DNA of 60,773 bases from Limisphaerales bacterium (GTDB lineage Bacteria > Verrucomicrobiota > Verrucomicrobiia > Limisphaerales > UBA11358). The position numbers and the translations under genes were made by a program. The notes below the pieces were generated by a model. It was not told the DNA's origin, did not search any database, and worked only from the letters and a program-made list of their open reading frames with translations. The DNA lies in NCBI GenBank assembly GCA_003161635.1, contig PMOA01000060.1, forward strand, positions 1 to 60,773, read 5' to 3'. This document shows, piece by piece, positions 48,726 through 59,392 of this stretch; position 1 is the first letter of the stretch; each line of letters opens with the position of its first letter.

Positions 48726-49676
48726 ATGAGTGAAAGGGTGGTAAATCTCTTCCTTTATGTGGAACGTAACCTCATCAAGAGTCTTGGTGCGGTTGCACAC
48801 GATTTCGAAGGCGATGACAATTCGGCCAAGGTTTTCCTCCAACGTCGAGCGGGTGTTGATGCTTCTCTTGCGACTCGTTATCCACTCCCTATCGCGGACA
48901 TCAAATCCTGGTTGGGAGTTGATGCAGGGCAAGGCTTGTCTCTTGAAATATTTTCTTATCTTAGGAGAATCGGAAAGAGTATTTGGCTTTTTGAGGGTCC
49001 GCTTCGAGACCTTCAGGCTCCAGAGATTCCACTTGTCTGTATCACGCCGATTGTGGACGGAAAACCGCTCATCGATAGCGTTGCGCATGTAAATCCACCG
49101 GCCTGCCCAGTAATCGTTTCTGAAGTATTCGATGGCATCATGAGGCGAACCGATTGGCTGGCTGCATACGTTACGCCTTCAGGCTTAAATGTGCATGATT
49201 TACTCCATGATGACTTCACCGAGGCCATCAAGCTTCTTTACGCGCACAAACATTACACATCAGCAATTAAGCTCCTCGTATCCTTGGTTGATACAGTGGC
49301 TTTTCTCGATCTTGGAGATGTCACAGGCAATTACGAGATATGGCTCTCCAAACATGCTACGCTTACCCAGGTCGGCGTGACACCCTCTGAATTATGGGAG
49401 TTCAGAAATGCAGTTTTGCACATGACCAATCCACTCTCTCGAAAAGTGCTGTCTGGCAAGGTGCTTGCCCTCACTTTCTACACCGACCCCACCTTCAAAA
49501 GTGTTCGCATCGACCCAGATAGCGGCACGAAGATGTTCTCTTTTGAGGCTCTTTATGAGGCAATCGTAGAAGCTGTTGACGCATGGACGAAATCGTATTC
49601 TCAAAACTTGTCCAAACAATTGGAGTTTATCCAGCGTTACGACACCATTCTACGGAAGGGTGAACTTCAAAATTGA
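48726..49676 (+). CDS. Hypothetical protein with possible HEPN-like C-terminal domain
   Basis: AT-richer; helical region AIKLL..LVDTVAFL and RNAVLH (RX4H). Confidence 0.65.
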   Translation: MSERVVNLFLYVERNLIKSLGAVAHDFEGDDNSAKVFLQRRAGVDASLATRYPLPIADIKSWLGVDAGQGLSLEIFSYLRRIGKSIWLFEGPLRDLQAPEIPLVCITPIVDGKPLIDSVAHVNPPACPVIVSEVFDGIMRRTDWLAAYVTPSGLNVHDLLHDDFTEAIKLLYAHKHYTSAIKLLVSLVDTVAFLDLGDVTGNYEIWLSKHATLTQVGVTPSELWEFRNAVLHMTNPLSRKVLSGKVLALTFYTDPTFKSVRIDPDSGTKMFSFEALYEAIVEAVDAWTKSYSQNLSKQLEFIQRYDTILRKGELQN

Positions 49677-49730
49677 GACCAAAGAGATCGAGTTCGACCG
49701 AGACAAGTTGGAGGCGACATTCATTTCCCA

Positions 49731-49945
49731 GCGCCGTAGGCGCGACATCTTTGTAGAATTACAAACCAAAAATTCTCCAGGCATATTCCGTCCTTTGCCA
49801 GAAGATTTCGCTCCTACGGAGCTTTGGCCGTTTTTGATTGTCCCACTACAAAGATGCCAGCCCTACGGGCTTCGAAAAATTGAATTCGTGTTAATTCGTG
49901 CAATTCGTGTCAAAAACTTCTTTGCGTCTCCGCGCCTTTGCGTGA
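49731..49945. repeat. REP/tandem-repeat cluster
   Basis: GCCGTAGG..CATCTTTGTAG / CTACAAAGATG..CCTACGG inverted arms; (AATTCGTG)3. Confidence 0.7.
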
Positions 49946-49955
49946 AATTCTCCGC

Positions 49956-50765
49956 GTGCAAAAGCTCGGCAAAAATCATGGTGGCTACCACGGCGAGACG
50001 ATTGACATCCGCGCCGTCCTGCGCGACGTCGAAACCGCCGCGCAACAACATGGCTGGACATTCGAGCCGTTTGGGAGGCAGGGCGATTTCAACCTGCTCG
50101 CCTTCCATCGCCAGCCACTCTCAACTCTCAACCCCTTGGCGCGGCGAAGCGAAGCGGAGACGGCTCAACTCTCAACCCGTGTTTACCTCAGCACCGGCAT
50201 TCACGGCGACGAGCCTGCCGGGCCGCTCGCGGCGTTGCGCCTGCTCCAGGAAAACCAATGGCCGGCGAACGCAGAACTTTGGTTCTGCCCGTGCCTGAAT
50301 CCGATGGGTTTCGTTTTGAACCGCCGGGAGAACGACAAACGTATTGACCTCAACCGGCAATACCGGCACTTGGAAACAGCGGAGACGCGCGCGCACATCG
50401 CGTGGCTGGAGCGCCAGCCGCAGTTCGACCTCTGCCTCTGCCTGCACGAAGATTGGGAATCGCACGGTTTTTACGTTTACGAATTGAATCCGGAAAACCG
50501 CCCATCACTGGCCGAAGCCATGATTGCGCGCATCGCAGAAGTCTGCCCGATTGATCCATCTGAAATCATCGAAGACCGCCCGGCCCGGGGCGGCATCATC
50601 CGTCCGAACCTTGATCCGCATACGCGACCGCAATGGGCCGAGGCGTTTTATTTGATCGTGAACAAGACGAAGCTGTCCTACACACTCGAAACGCCGTCGG
50701 ATTTTCCGTTGACCACCCGCGTCAACGCGCTCGTCACCGGCGTGAACGCCGCGCTGGCAAAATAG
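49956..50765 (+). CDS. M14-family metallocarboxypeptidase/deacylase
   Basis: GIHGDEPAG, NP.G, DLNR, LHED, TLETPS; start uncertain. Confidence 0.88.
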   Translation: MQKLGKNHGGYHGETIDIRAVLRDVETAAQQHGWTFEPFGRQGDFNLLAFHRQPLSTLNPLARRSEAETAQLSTRVYLSTGIHGDEPAGPLAALRLLQENQWPANAELWFCPCLNPMGFVLNRRENDKRIDLNRQYRHLETAETRAHIAWLERQPQFDLCLCLHEDWESHGFYVYELNPENRPSLAEAMIARIAEVCPIDPSEIIEDRPARGGIIRPNLDPHTRPQWAEAFYLIVNKTKLSYTLETPSDFPLTTRVNALVTGVNAALAK

Positions 50766-50798
50766 GACAGGCTGGCAGCCGGTCCTGCTCCTCCTGTT

Positions 50799-51242
50799 TC
50801 AAGCCGATTCGGCGTTCCTTTGCTTCATCCAAACCTTGCCAAGTTCGGCCAGCGTTTTGTCTTTCATCACCCGCTCGGCCAGCGGGAAAACAATCCGTTC
50901 CTCACGGTCAAAGTGTTTGCGCGATGCGGTCACGGCGAGCAGCAACAACTGTCGCGCTTCGGGCAGCCGCTTGGCGGCCTTCACCCGCAGCAGGCTGTTG
51001 TCAATTTCCTGATGTTCGTGTTCAAAACTGTCGCGCTGGCCAAGTTGTTCCAGGTAATGATTCAGTGGAGCGAACACCAAATCTTCCTCGGTCTTGCCGT
51101 GTGCGAGCAGCAACCCTTCCATCAATCCAGCCCATCCTTTCACCTCGGCCAGCGTTTTCAGCTTCGGCACGACGTGTTCGATGTGGTCGAAAATATTGTG
51201 GAACACGACGTGTTCCGCCAAAAGTGCATCGGTTATCTTCAT
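50799..51242 (-). CDS. Hemerythrin/HHE-domain protein
   Basis: L.AEH, H..TEE..VF, EHEHQEI, HFDREE..VFP. Confidence 0.88.
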   Translation of the reverse strand: MKITDALLAEHVVFHNIFDHIEHVVPKLKTLAEVKGWAGLMEGLLLAHGKTEEDLVFAPLNHYLEQLGQRDSFEHEHQEIDNSLLRVKAAKRLPEARQLLLLAVTASRKHFDREERIVFPLAERVMKDKTLAELGKVWMKQRNAESA

Positions 51243-51260
51243 GTTCCTCGAAAGTTTACA

Positions 51261-51347
51261 TCAAGAAATGAAAGTGTCCATCCCCGCGCAGTTGCAAACC
51301 GGGTTGCGATCGCCAAAGACGTTGTCAATGCGGCTGGCGTGCGGCCA
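51261..51347 (-). pseudogene. Diverged orphan copy of the gcvP 3' end (copy 2)
   Basis: WPHASRIDNVFGDRNPVCNCAGMDTFIS* vs gene [28 protein letters not shown]. Confidence 0.9.
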
Positions 51348-51594
51348 TAAATTGCCATGTCCCTGCGGTCGAAAGGCCAGTTCCGGGACGCTTGCAGAAT
51401 GGCCTGGGCTTTGGGGCAGGTGATCACGATGGTCGCATCGTCCTCGACCTTGGGATAAACATCCGGCTTGATGTGCTGCGTCATGGCAAAAGCGGAGACG
51501 AGCCGCTGGCCACCACGAACCACGTCGCCAGGTCCGCGCCGTAACAGCCAAAATCATTCACCGCACCGCCACCGTTGAGCACGGGATCAGTCAA
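51338..51594 (-). pseudogene. Internal fragment of a Gfo/Idh/MocA oxidoreductase, frameshifted
   Basis: LTDPVLNGGGAVNDFGCYGADLATW / fs / TQHIKPDVYPKVEDDATIV..QAS.NWPFDR.DM.IYGRT. Confidence 0.75.
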
Positions 51595-51685
51595 CGGGAA
51601 CTTCATTTTCAAAGGCAATCGTCGTTGGAAACTGCCAAGTCAATGTTGTGGTGCGTGAAACACCACCCAACAACATCAAAACGTC

Positions 51686-52555
51686 CTACTTGAGGACTGA
51701 GGTTCTTTGCATCAGCCAGCTTACGTCGCCCACCCCGGCTTGAGCCGCCACCTGCGTGTTAAGGGGTCCATTGTAAGTGATAAGATTTGAATCCCTCCAT
51801 TTATGAATCTCAGAATGGCCGTCGGCAAAAGAAATTCCGCAGGCATCATTATGGTAAGTGGCCGGCTTATCCACCCAACTATTTGGATCTGTGCAGAACC
51901 AACCGTCGTTGATGCTCCATGGATTTTCATCCAACATGACCCAGCAATTCGCAGCTCCCATTACAGCAATATCACCTTGTTTCCTGAATATTCTGTAATT
52001 CGGATTAAGCGGCGCCATGCTTGTCATAATATGATCCACTATCGGACTCATGTATCCATTCATGGATATGCTGCGGACAGTTGGTGCATCCACGCCTCCC
52101 GGTGGAACTGTTTGTCCAAAAAACACCGTCCTCGGATCGGCTGGACACTTGAAGAGCGCAACATTTGGAGCGTAAGGAAATATCAATCCCAGTTTTAGCA
52201 AATTTACATTTGCCGCCGCCGCAGGCTTTTGCATGTCGCCATAAATCCACTGATTCTCGGGATTTCCTGGATCGGTATAAGGATTTGGCAGACCGGTGAC
52301 CTGAAGAGACCCTTGACCCGATGTTGGAACAATCCGGTCATTATTGTCCGTGCTGTAAATTAGCCAGCCATGCTGAATCTGGCGCAGGTTGTTCAAGCAT
52401 TGAAACGCTTGGGTATTGGGACCGGTTTTGGCCAATGCGGGCAGAAGCATCATCGCCAACAAACCGAGCGTGGCTATCACGACGAGCAACTCAACGAAGG
52501 TAAAAGCGTCGGCGGCTTTGGACTTCGATATTAATTTGTAGTGTCTGGAATTCAT
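51686..52555 (-). CDS. Prepilin-type N-methylation / H-X9-DG domain protein
   Basis: AFTFVELLVVIA..LLPAL, C.NNLRQ, FKCPAD, HNDACGISFADGH. Confidence 0.9.
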   Translation of the reverse strand: MNSRHYKLISKSKAADAFTFVELLVVIATLGLLAMMLLPALAKTGPNTQAFQCLNNLRQIQHGWLIYSTDNNDRIVPTSGQGSLQVTGLPNPYTDPGNPENQWIYGDMQKPAAAANVNLLKLGLIFPYAPNVALFKCPADPRTVFFGQTVPPGGVDAPTVRSISMNGYMSPIVDHIMTSMAPLNPNYRIFRKQGDIAVMGAANCWVMLDENPWSINDGWFCTDPNSWVDKPATYHNDACGISFADGHSEIHKWRDSNLITYNGPLNTQVAAQAGVGDVSWLMQRTSVLK

Positions 52556-52574
52556 AAGCACGAGAGTTGTTGTT

Positions 52575-55500
52575 TCAATTGGCAACGACGCGATAAAATC
52601 TCTGCCCGGAGGAGGGTGACGGGTCAGTCGTGTATGCCCGGTTTCCCAAAACCGTAATCGTCCCGCCCACTTCTTGCCAACTGCTGTCGCTCAAGTCATT
52701 TTTAAATTGAACGTGGTAGCTCAGCCCGGAGACAAACGGCCAACTGATGACGGGACCATCGCCAGGAGCGGCACCAAGGGTAACGTCGGCATAGAAAAAT
52801 GTGAAGGCAACGATATCAGCGGCTTGATTGAAATCATTGACAACGGAATCACTTGCCCAACTTTGAAAAATGATCGTCCGCCCGTCGGCGCTGAAGACCG
52901 GCATCAAGGAACGGTTGTTCGCCGTTGCGCCGGACAGGCTCGTGCTTAAAAGGATTGTCTCACCGCTCAAGCGATCGTTGACGAACACGTCGGGAAGGCC
53001 GTTAATATCCCCAGCCACCAGGTTCGTGGCCGCGCTGCGATAAACCACGAAGCGGCCATCGGCGCTGATATCTGGAGAATCGGATGCGTCATTGCCCCCA
53101 ACGCTGACGAGAAAATTTGTTCCGGTTTGAAAATCGTAAAGATAAACATCCTGAACTGTGTTGGCATCGCCAGTGGCATTGATAGCGCTGGTTGCATAAA
53201 CGAGCCATCGTGCATCGCCGCTAAACCGCAGGCCTGGATGGGAGGTAAAGGTGCCCGCGCTGGCCACCCAATTGGAATTGATGGAAAGGCCCACCACATT
53301 CAAACTTGCCGGCGTGCCTGCCAGATAGGCCAGCCGCCGGCCATCGGGACTGATTGAAACAGCGGTTGGCGAAGCAGCATTGGTATAAATCCGCGCGGCA
53401 GCCAGTGTGTCCCAGACATACAAACGCACGGTCGTCCCACTGAGTATGCCCGCGTAAACGACGAAACGTCCGTCCGGAGTCATGGCCGCTGCAGAAACGC
53501 CTGTTCCCGAAGTTGCCGTGGTCAACGCGTAATTGGTTCCTTGCTGCACATCGCGCAAGAACAGATTGTCAATCCCGCTGCCGAACGAGCCTGCCGTCAA
53601 ATTCGACGCTTTACTGTGGAATAAAACATAGCGACCATCCCGGCTGATCGCAGGCGAAAAGGAGTTGCTGTTCCCGGGATGAATGCCGTCCAAGCTCGCG
53701 CTCACCAGCCTCGTTGTTCCGGTCTGCAGGTCGCGAAGGAACACATCCTGAGTGATGTTTGCGTCACCCGCGATGAGGTTGTTGGCATAACTGGAGAAAG
53801 CCACATAGCGACCATCCCCGCTGATGGCTGGCTCAAAGGAAAATCCTGAAGCAGCAACTCCATTCGTATCCGCACTCACCAAAACGTTCGTGCCGAGGAG
53901 AAGATCACGCACGAACACGTTGCGCTGACTGTTGGTGTCGCCAAGAATCAGATCATCCGCGTCACTGCTGAACGCCACGTAGCGCCCGTCGGCGCTGACG
54001 GATCCTGGATAAAGCCCGCTGATGCCATTTGGCGTATGAGAGGTCAACGTTGGATCGGGAACGGAAATCAATTCCGTCGTTTCCGCGACCGTATCGCGCA
54101 CAATGACGTCGGCTGCATGGTTGCGGTCGTTGGGCACCAGGTTTCCATTCATGCAATCGAACACGACGAATCGGCCATCGGCACTCAAGCCGGGAACGGT
54201 CATGGGAGGCACGCCCGCACCAACACCATTGGTATCCCCATCCACCAATTTCGTAATGCCGGCCTGCTGGTCGCGGACATACACATGAAATTGTCCGTCA
54301 AATGTATTGGCCACCAGATTTGTTCCGCTGCCAACGAAGGCGACGAATTGCCCGTTCGAACTGACCAATGGCGAACTGCAAATCCCATCTGACACCAACC
54401 CGCTGTCGCGATTCATGCTGACGAGTGTGTTTGTCCCGGTTTGCGCGTCCCACAAATAGATCGCCGTGTTCACTGCCGGCGAGTTGCCCGCCACGTTGGC
54501 GACAAACGCGATGAACCGTCCATCGGGTGTCATATCCAGGGTATAAAAATCGCCCAAAGGCCCGGAAATCACGTTGGCGTTCGTGCCCACGATATCCGTG
54601 CCGCTGGTCTGCATATTCTGCCGCAGAACAAGGCCGTTCGCGTTGAAGCTCGGTGGATTGGTTGCGGTTTCAAACGCCACAAAATTGCCATCCGAACTGA
54701 TACTTGGGCAGTAAGAAACCACGTTCGACGTGCCAAGCAAAGAATACGCGATGGATCGCGCATTGACGCTCGCCCACTTGGTTTGCGCTGTGGTCAGGTC
54801 TCGAATGTAAATTTCGCCTGCAGTCGTTACCCCGGGCATGAGGTTGGTGGCACTGCTGGAAAAGGCGACGTAGCGGCCATCTGGCGTGATCACCGGCGAT
54901 TCCGAACTACTCGTCAACGCGGTGGAATTCGTAGATGTCGCGCCGACGCTGACAAGTGCTGTGGTCGAACTCTGCAAATCACGAACAAACACATCGGTGA
55001 TTTGGTTTGTGTCACCTGCCACCAGATTTGTTGCCGCGCTGACGAACGCCACATAACGCCCGTCGGGCGTCATCACCGAATTGCGCGACACCCCGTTGGC
55101 AGTCCCGCCGTAAAGGCTCGCGCTGGCGAGCATCGTCGTGCCGTTTAGTAGATCGCGCACGAATACATCACTGGCGTTGTTGGTATCATTGGCCACCAAA
55201 TCACTGGCGACACTTTCGAAGAGCACATATTGGCCATTGGTGGAAATTCCTTGCGGCCATGAATTCCCGTTGCCGCCGCCCGTTCCCGAAAGATTGACGC
55301 TGATCAACCGGGTCGTGCCGTTGGTCCGGTCGCGAAGATACACATTCATGCTGACAGGAAACAGGGAAGGAATGGCCACGCCGTTGCTGTTTAAGATCAG
55401 ATTGCTTGCCGTGCTCGCAAACAATACATAACGCCCATCCGGGCTGATCATCGCATCCACCGAATCTCCTCCGGCACCGGCTGAAGTCAGGAGAGAAGGA

Positions 55501-55619
55501 TCGGGTTGTGAAACCAGTTGTAAAAAAGCGGCCGTCACCGGCAAAACACATCCCAAAAGAACGACAGCAACTATTTTGCACTTCGAAAGAAGAAACGATT
55601 TTTGGAAAGTGGCATGCAT
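52575..55619 (-). CDS. Large secreted PD40/TolB-like beta-propeller repeat protein
   Basis: Many S.DGR.VAF.S.A.NLV..DTN...DVFVRD repeats; C-terminal ISWP..Y.VQ...L....W..QRFYRV domain. Confidence 0.88.
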   Translation of the reverse strand: MHATFQKSFLLSKCKIVAVVLLGCVLPVTAAFLQLVSQPDPSLLTSAGAGGDSVDAMISPDGRYVLFASTASNLILNSNGVAIPSLFPVSMNVYLRDRTNGTTRLISVNLSGTGGGNGNSWPQGISTNGQYVLFESVASDLVANDTNNASDVFVRDLLNGTTMLASASLYGGTANGVSRNSVMTPDGRYVAFVSAATNLVAGDTNQITDVFVRDLQSSTTALVSVGATSTNSTALTSSSESPVITPDGRYVAFSSSATNLMPGVTTAGEIYIRDLTTAQTKWASVNARSIAYSLLGTSNVVSYCPSISSDGNFVAFETATNPPSFNANGLVLRQNMQTSGTDIVGTNANVISGPLGDFYTLDMTPDGRFIAFVANVAGNSPAVNTAIYLWDAQTGTNTLVSMNRDSGLVSDGICSSPLVSSNGQFVAFVGSGTNLVANTFDGQFHVYVRDQQAGITKLVDGDTNGVGAGVPPMTVPGLSADGRFVVFDCMNGNLVPNDRNHAADVIVRDTVAETTELISVPDPTLTSHTPNGISGLYPGSVSADGRYVAFSSDADDLILGDTNSQRNVFVRDLLLGTNVLVSADTNGVAASGFSFEPAISGDGRYVAFSSYANNLIAGDANITQDVFLRDLQTGTTRLVSASLDGIHPGNSNSFSPAISRDGRYVLFHSKASNLTAGSFGSGIDNLFLRDVQQGTNYALTTATSGTGVSAAAMTPDGRFVVYAGILSGTTVRLYVWDTLAAARIYTNAASPTAVSISPDGRRLAYLAGTPASLNVVGLSINSNWVASAGTFTSHPGLRFSGDARWLVYATSAINATGDANTVQDVYLYDFQTGTNFLVSVGGNDASDSPDISADGRFVVYRSAATNLVAGDINGLPDVFVNDRLSGETILLSTSLSGATANNRSLMPVFSADGRTIIFQSWASDSVVNDFNQAADIVAFTFFYADVTLGAAPGDGPVISWPFVSGLSYHVQFKNDLSDSSWQEVGGTITVLGNRAYTTDPSPSSGQRFYRVVAN

Positions 55620-55927
55620 ACCGTGTGTTCCATCAATTCTGCTTGCAGGGCAAGCATGGCAGCGCGAATAAGCGCGGTCAATTCAAAAAAAGAAGCTTTC
55701 CTGAATAAATTGCCTGTTTTCCCTGTGCGGAAACAAAGAACCACAACAAGGAGTCTTGTCGCTTCCTTCATCAATTAATTCCCTGCAAACCACGCAACTT
55801 CGGGGATGGTGCTTGGTCGAGTTTGCCAGAACCAATATGCGTTTGATTGTCATGCGTCACACAATGACCATGCCACTGTATTGAGATTACCTGTTTATCT
55901 GGCTTTCGCAATCCTGTCGGGTGCGAC

Positions 55928-55966
55928 TTAATTCTCGTAATTCTCCATCCCCACGCACGAGCAGAC
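55928..55966 (-). pseudogene. Diverged orphan copy of the gcvP 3' end (copy 1)
   Basis: VCSCVGMENYEN* vs gene [12 protein letters not shown], separated from the gcvP stop by a 33-nt repeat. Confidence 0.8.
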
Positions 55967-55999
55967 CCGCCTTTGCTGCGCTATGGCGAGGCAAGCCGT

Positions 56000-58900
56000 T
56001 TAGCTTTGATATATTTCCATTCCGATACAGGAACACACAGGATTACGATCGCCATACACGTTGTCCACGCGGCTGACGTGCGGCCAGAATTTGTAGTCAC
56101 GCAGGCCCGGCACCGGGTATGCCGCCTGTTCGCGCGAGTAGGGGCGATTCCAAGCATCGCTGGCAATTTGATCCGCTGTGTGCGGCGCGTTCTTGAGCAG
56201 GTTGTTCTGCCGGTCCGCCGCGCCGGATTCGATGGCGGTCATCTCGGCGTGAATGGAAATCATCGCGTCGCAGAAACGGTCCAGTTCGACCTTCGATTCG
56301 CTTTCCGTCGGCTCGACCATCAGCGTGCCGGCGACCGGCCACGAGAGCGTCGGCGCATGAAAACCGTAATCCATCAGCCGTTTCGCCACGTCCTCGGCGG
56401 TGACACTCTTGAACTGGCGCAAATCAAGGATGCACTCGTGCGCGACCCGACCTTTGCGCCCGCGATACAGCACCGGGAAATAATTTTCCATGCGTTTGGC
56501 GATATAGTTGGCGTTCAGGATGGCAAACTTGGTGGCTTCAGTCAGGCCGTCCGGGCCCATCGCGGCAATGTAAGCCCAGGAAATCGGCAAAATGCCCGCG
56601 CTGCCCCACGGCGCAGCGGCCACCGGGCCGATACGTTGGAGTTCAACCTTTAGGTTATTCCCGGCACCCGAACACGCTGAAGCGTGAACTCCAACACGGT
56701 CGAGTCGTGACGTAAAAACCGGGTGTCCTGGTAAAAACGAAACCAGGTGTTTGGCCACGCCAATCGGCCCGACGCCCGGCCCGCCGCCGCCGTGCGGAAT
56801 GCAGAATGTCTTGTGCAGGTTCAAATGGCAGACGTCCGCGCCGATGTCCGCCGGACGGCACAAACCGACCTGTGCGTTCATGTTCGCCCCGTCCATGTAA
56901 ACCTGTCCGCCGTTGGTGTGGATGATTTCGCAAATCTCCTTGATCGTCTCCTCAAACACGCCGTGCGTGGACGGATACGTGACCATCAGGCAGGCGAGGT
57001 CGGCTTTGTGCGACTCGGCTTTGGCGCGCAAATCAGCAACGTCAATGTTCCCGTTCTTGTCGCAGGCGACGGCAACGACTTTCAGCCCGGCCATGACAGC
57101 ACTGGCGGGGTTCGTGCCGTGCGCGGAGGTCGGGATGAGGCAGACGTTGCGGTGCGCTTCGCCCCGGCTTTCGTGATAAGCGCGGATGACGAGCTGGCCG
57201 GCGTATTCGCCCTGTGAACCGGCGTTGGGTTGCAGGGAAATTCCGGCGAACCCGGTGATTTCCAAAAGCCAGTCCTCAAGTTGTTGAAACAAAATCTGGT
57301 AGCCGCGCGCCTGTTTCAGCGGCGCAAAGGGATGGAGTTTTGCAAACTCCGGCCACGAAATCGGCAGCATTTCAAAGGTGGCGTTCAGCTTCATCGTGCA
57401 GGAGCCGAGCGGAATCATCGAAGCCGTCAGGGAGAGGTCGCGCGATTCGAGCCGCTTGATGTAGCGCAGCATTTGGGTCTCAGAGTGGTAGGAGTTGAAG
57501 ACCCGGTGGATAAGGAAAGGTGTGGTTCGGGCGAAGTGTGACGCAATTCCACTCTCATTAGCACCGGGCTTCAGCCCGGTGTTTGAGGTGGCGGAAATTG
57601 AAACCGTTTTAACGGTTTCGCGCGCGGACGAGGAAGCCGTTGAAACGGCTGGTATGTCGTCGTTCATTTTCACACCTGGCTGAAGCCCGGTGCTAATGAG
57701 ATCTGCGGCTACATCCGCCACTGTGAAACCTATGGCCTTGTCACCCTTAAAAATCTGCCAGATCTCGATGACGTCGCTTTCGCTGGTCGCTTCGTCGAGC
57801 GAGATGCCCAGCGTATGGTCGTCAATTTCGCGGAAATTCATCCGGTGCGCTTCGGCAGTTTTGAGAATGTTCGCTGCCGGCTTTTGGCCGAGTTCGATGC
57901 GAATCGTGTCAAAAAACGTGCTGCCAGCATCCTGCTGGCAGTTCTGACCTTTTGAATTATTCTGCCGGCGGGACGCCGGCAGCACGTTGTAACCCAGTTT
58001 TTCCAGGCCGGCGGCGAGAATTCCGGTCAGGGCGTGAATCCGCTGCGCGATTTTCTTCAAGCCTTCCGGCCCGTGATAAACGGCATACATGGACGCCATG
58101 TTCGCCAGCAACGCCTGCGCGGTGCAGATGTTACTGGTGGCTTTTTCACGACGGATGTGTTGTTCACGCGTCTGGAGCGCGAGGCGCAAAGCGGGTTTGC
58201 CGCGCGAATCCTTCGAAACGCCGACGATACGTCCGGGCAGGCTGCGTTTGAACTGGTCACGCGTGGCGAAAAACGCCGCGTGCGGGCCGCCGTAGCCCAG
58301 CGGCACGCCGAAGCGTTGCGCGCTGCCGATGGCGATGTCCGCGCTGAATTCCCCCGGCGGTTTCAATAATGTGAGTGCCAGCAAATCAGTCGCAACCGCG
58401 ACCATCGCTCCAGCAGCGTGGGCTTTTTCGACGAACGGCGCGTAATCGTGGATGGCGCCAAACGTGTCGGGATATTGCACCAGCGCACCGAAGACTTTTC
58501 CGTCGAATTGAAAACTCTCGTGATTACCCACGACAACTTCGATGCCGAGAGCTTTGGCGCGCGTCCGGACAACTTCGATGTTTTGCGGATGACAACTCTG
58601 CGAGATGAAGAAAATGTTCCGGTTGTCCTTGAGCGCATGACACATCGTCATGGCCTCGGCGGCGGCGGTGGCTTCGTCAAGCAGCGACGCATTGGCGATG
58701 TCGAGGCCGGTGAGATCGGCGACCATCGTCTGGAAATTCAGGAGCGCTTCGAGCCGGCCCTGGGAAATTTCGGCCTGATAGGGCGTGTATTGCGTGTACC
58801 AGCCGGGGTTCTCCAAAACGTTGCGCTGAATCACCGCCGGTGTGATGCAATCGTAATAGCCCATGCCGATGAACGAGCGGCAGACCTGGTTTTGCGACGC

Positions 58901-59149
58901 GATTTCCTTCAACGCGGCGAGGACTTCATGTTCACTGCGGGCGGCGGGAAGTTGAAGCAAACGCCCGAGTCGAATCGGTTTGGGAACGGCGGCGTCAATC
59001 AACGCGTCGAGGCTCGCGTAGCCGAGTTGCTTGAGCATTTCGCCGGCGTCGGCAGGACGCGGGCCAATGTGGCGGCGGACAAACCGGTCGGGATGCGGCG
59101 CGTTTTCGACGGGCTTCAAAATTTTATTCTGCTTTTCGGAAAAAGCCAT
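56000..59149 (-). CDS. gcvP: Glycine dehydrogenase (decarboxylating), GCS P protein
   Basis: [50 protein letters not shown]; three in-frame palindromic inserts. Confidence 0.98.
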   Translation of the reverse strand: MAFSEKQNKILKPVENAPHPDRFVRRHIGPRPADAGEMLKQLGYASLDALIDAAVPKPIRLGRLLQLPAARSEHEVLAALKEIASQNQVCRSFIGMGYYDCITPAVIQRNVLENPGWYTQYTPYQAEISQGRLEALLNFQTMVADLTGLDIANASLLDEATAAAEAMTMCHALKDNRNIFFISQSCHPQNIEVVRTRAKALGIEVVVGNHESFQFDGKVFGALVQYPDTFGAIHDYAPFVEKAHAAGAMVAVATDLLALTLLKPPGEFSADIAIGSAQRFGVPLGYGGPHAAFFATRDQFKRSLPGRIVGVSKDSRGKPALRLALQTREQHIRREKATSNICTAQALLANMASMYAVYHGPEGLKKIAQRIHALTGILAAGLEKLGYNVLPASRRQNNSKGQNCQQDAGSTFFDTIRIELGQKPAANILKTAEAHRMNFREIDDHTLGISLDEATSESDVIEIWQIFKGDKAIGFTVADVAADLISTGLQPGVKMNDDIPAVSTASSSARETVKTVSISATSNTGLKPGANESGIASHFARTTPFLIHRVFNSYHSETQMLRYIKRLESRDLSLTASMIPLGSCTMKLNATFEMLPISWPEFAKLHPFAPLKQARGYQILFQQLEDWLLEITGFAGISLQPNAGSQGEYAGQLVIRAYHESRGEAHRNVCLIPTSAHGTNPASAVMAGLKVVAVACDKNGNIDVADLRAKAESHKADLACLMVTYPSTHGVFEETIKEICEIIHTNGGQVYMDGANMNAQVGLCRPADIGADVCHLNLHKTFCIPHGGGGPGVGPIGVAKHLVSFLPGHPVFTSRLDRVGVHASACSGAGNNLKVELQRIGPVAAAPWGSAGILPISWAYIAAMGPDGLTEATKFAILNANYIAKRMENYFPVLYRGRKGRVAHECILDLRQFKSVTAEDVAKRLMDYGFHAPTLSWPVAGTLMVEPTESESKVELDRFCDAMISIHAEMTAIESGAADRQNNLLKNAPHTADQIASDAWNRPYSREQAAYPVPGLRDYKFWPHVSRVDNVYGDRNPVCSCIGMEIYQS

Positions 59150-59392
59150 GCGCGGAAACTAAAGTTGCGGCACGGCAATGCAAGCGGATTCAGGGCAAAA
59201 CGATGGCAAAACCCGCCGTTATTTTTACATAAAACCAGCAACCGGCACGGGTTGGGGATGCCCCAATATATGGCATAAGCCGGCCGGCATGGCCACAATT
59301 CATTGTGTTTTTAGACGTTTTTTTGACCAAATAAAGGTTGTGTTAAATCGTCGATTTTTCTATTCTTTTTAAGCTTTCACGGACCCGGTTAA

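Noticed and set aside
51239-51557. ORFs 51239-51523 and 51261-51557 as real genes
   Set aside because: Chimeric read-throughs of the oxidoreductase fragment and the gcvP relic
55861-55876. Sigma-54 promoter for the beta-propeller gene (TGGCATGGTCATTGT, minus strand)
   Set aside because: The -12 GC is replaced by GT and it lies ~240 bp upstream; insufficient support
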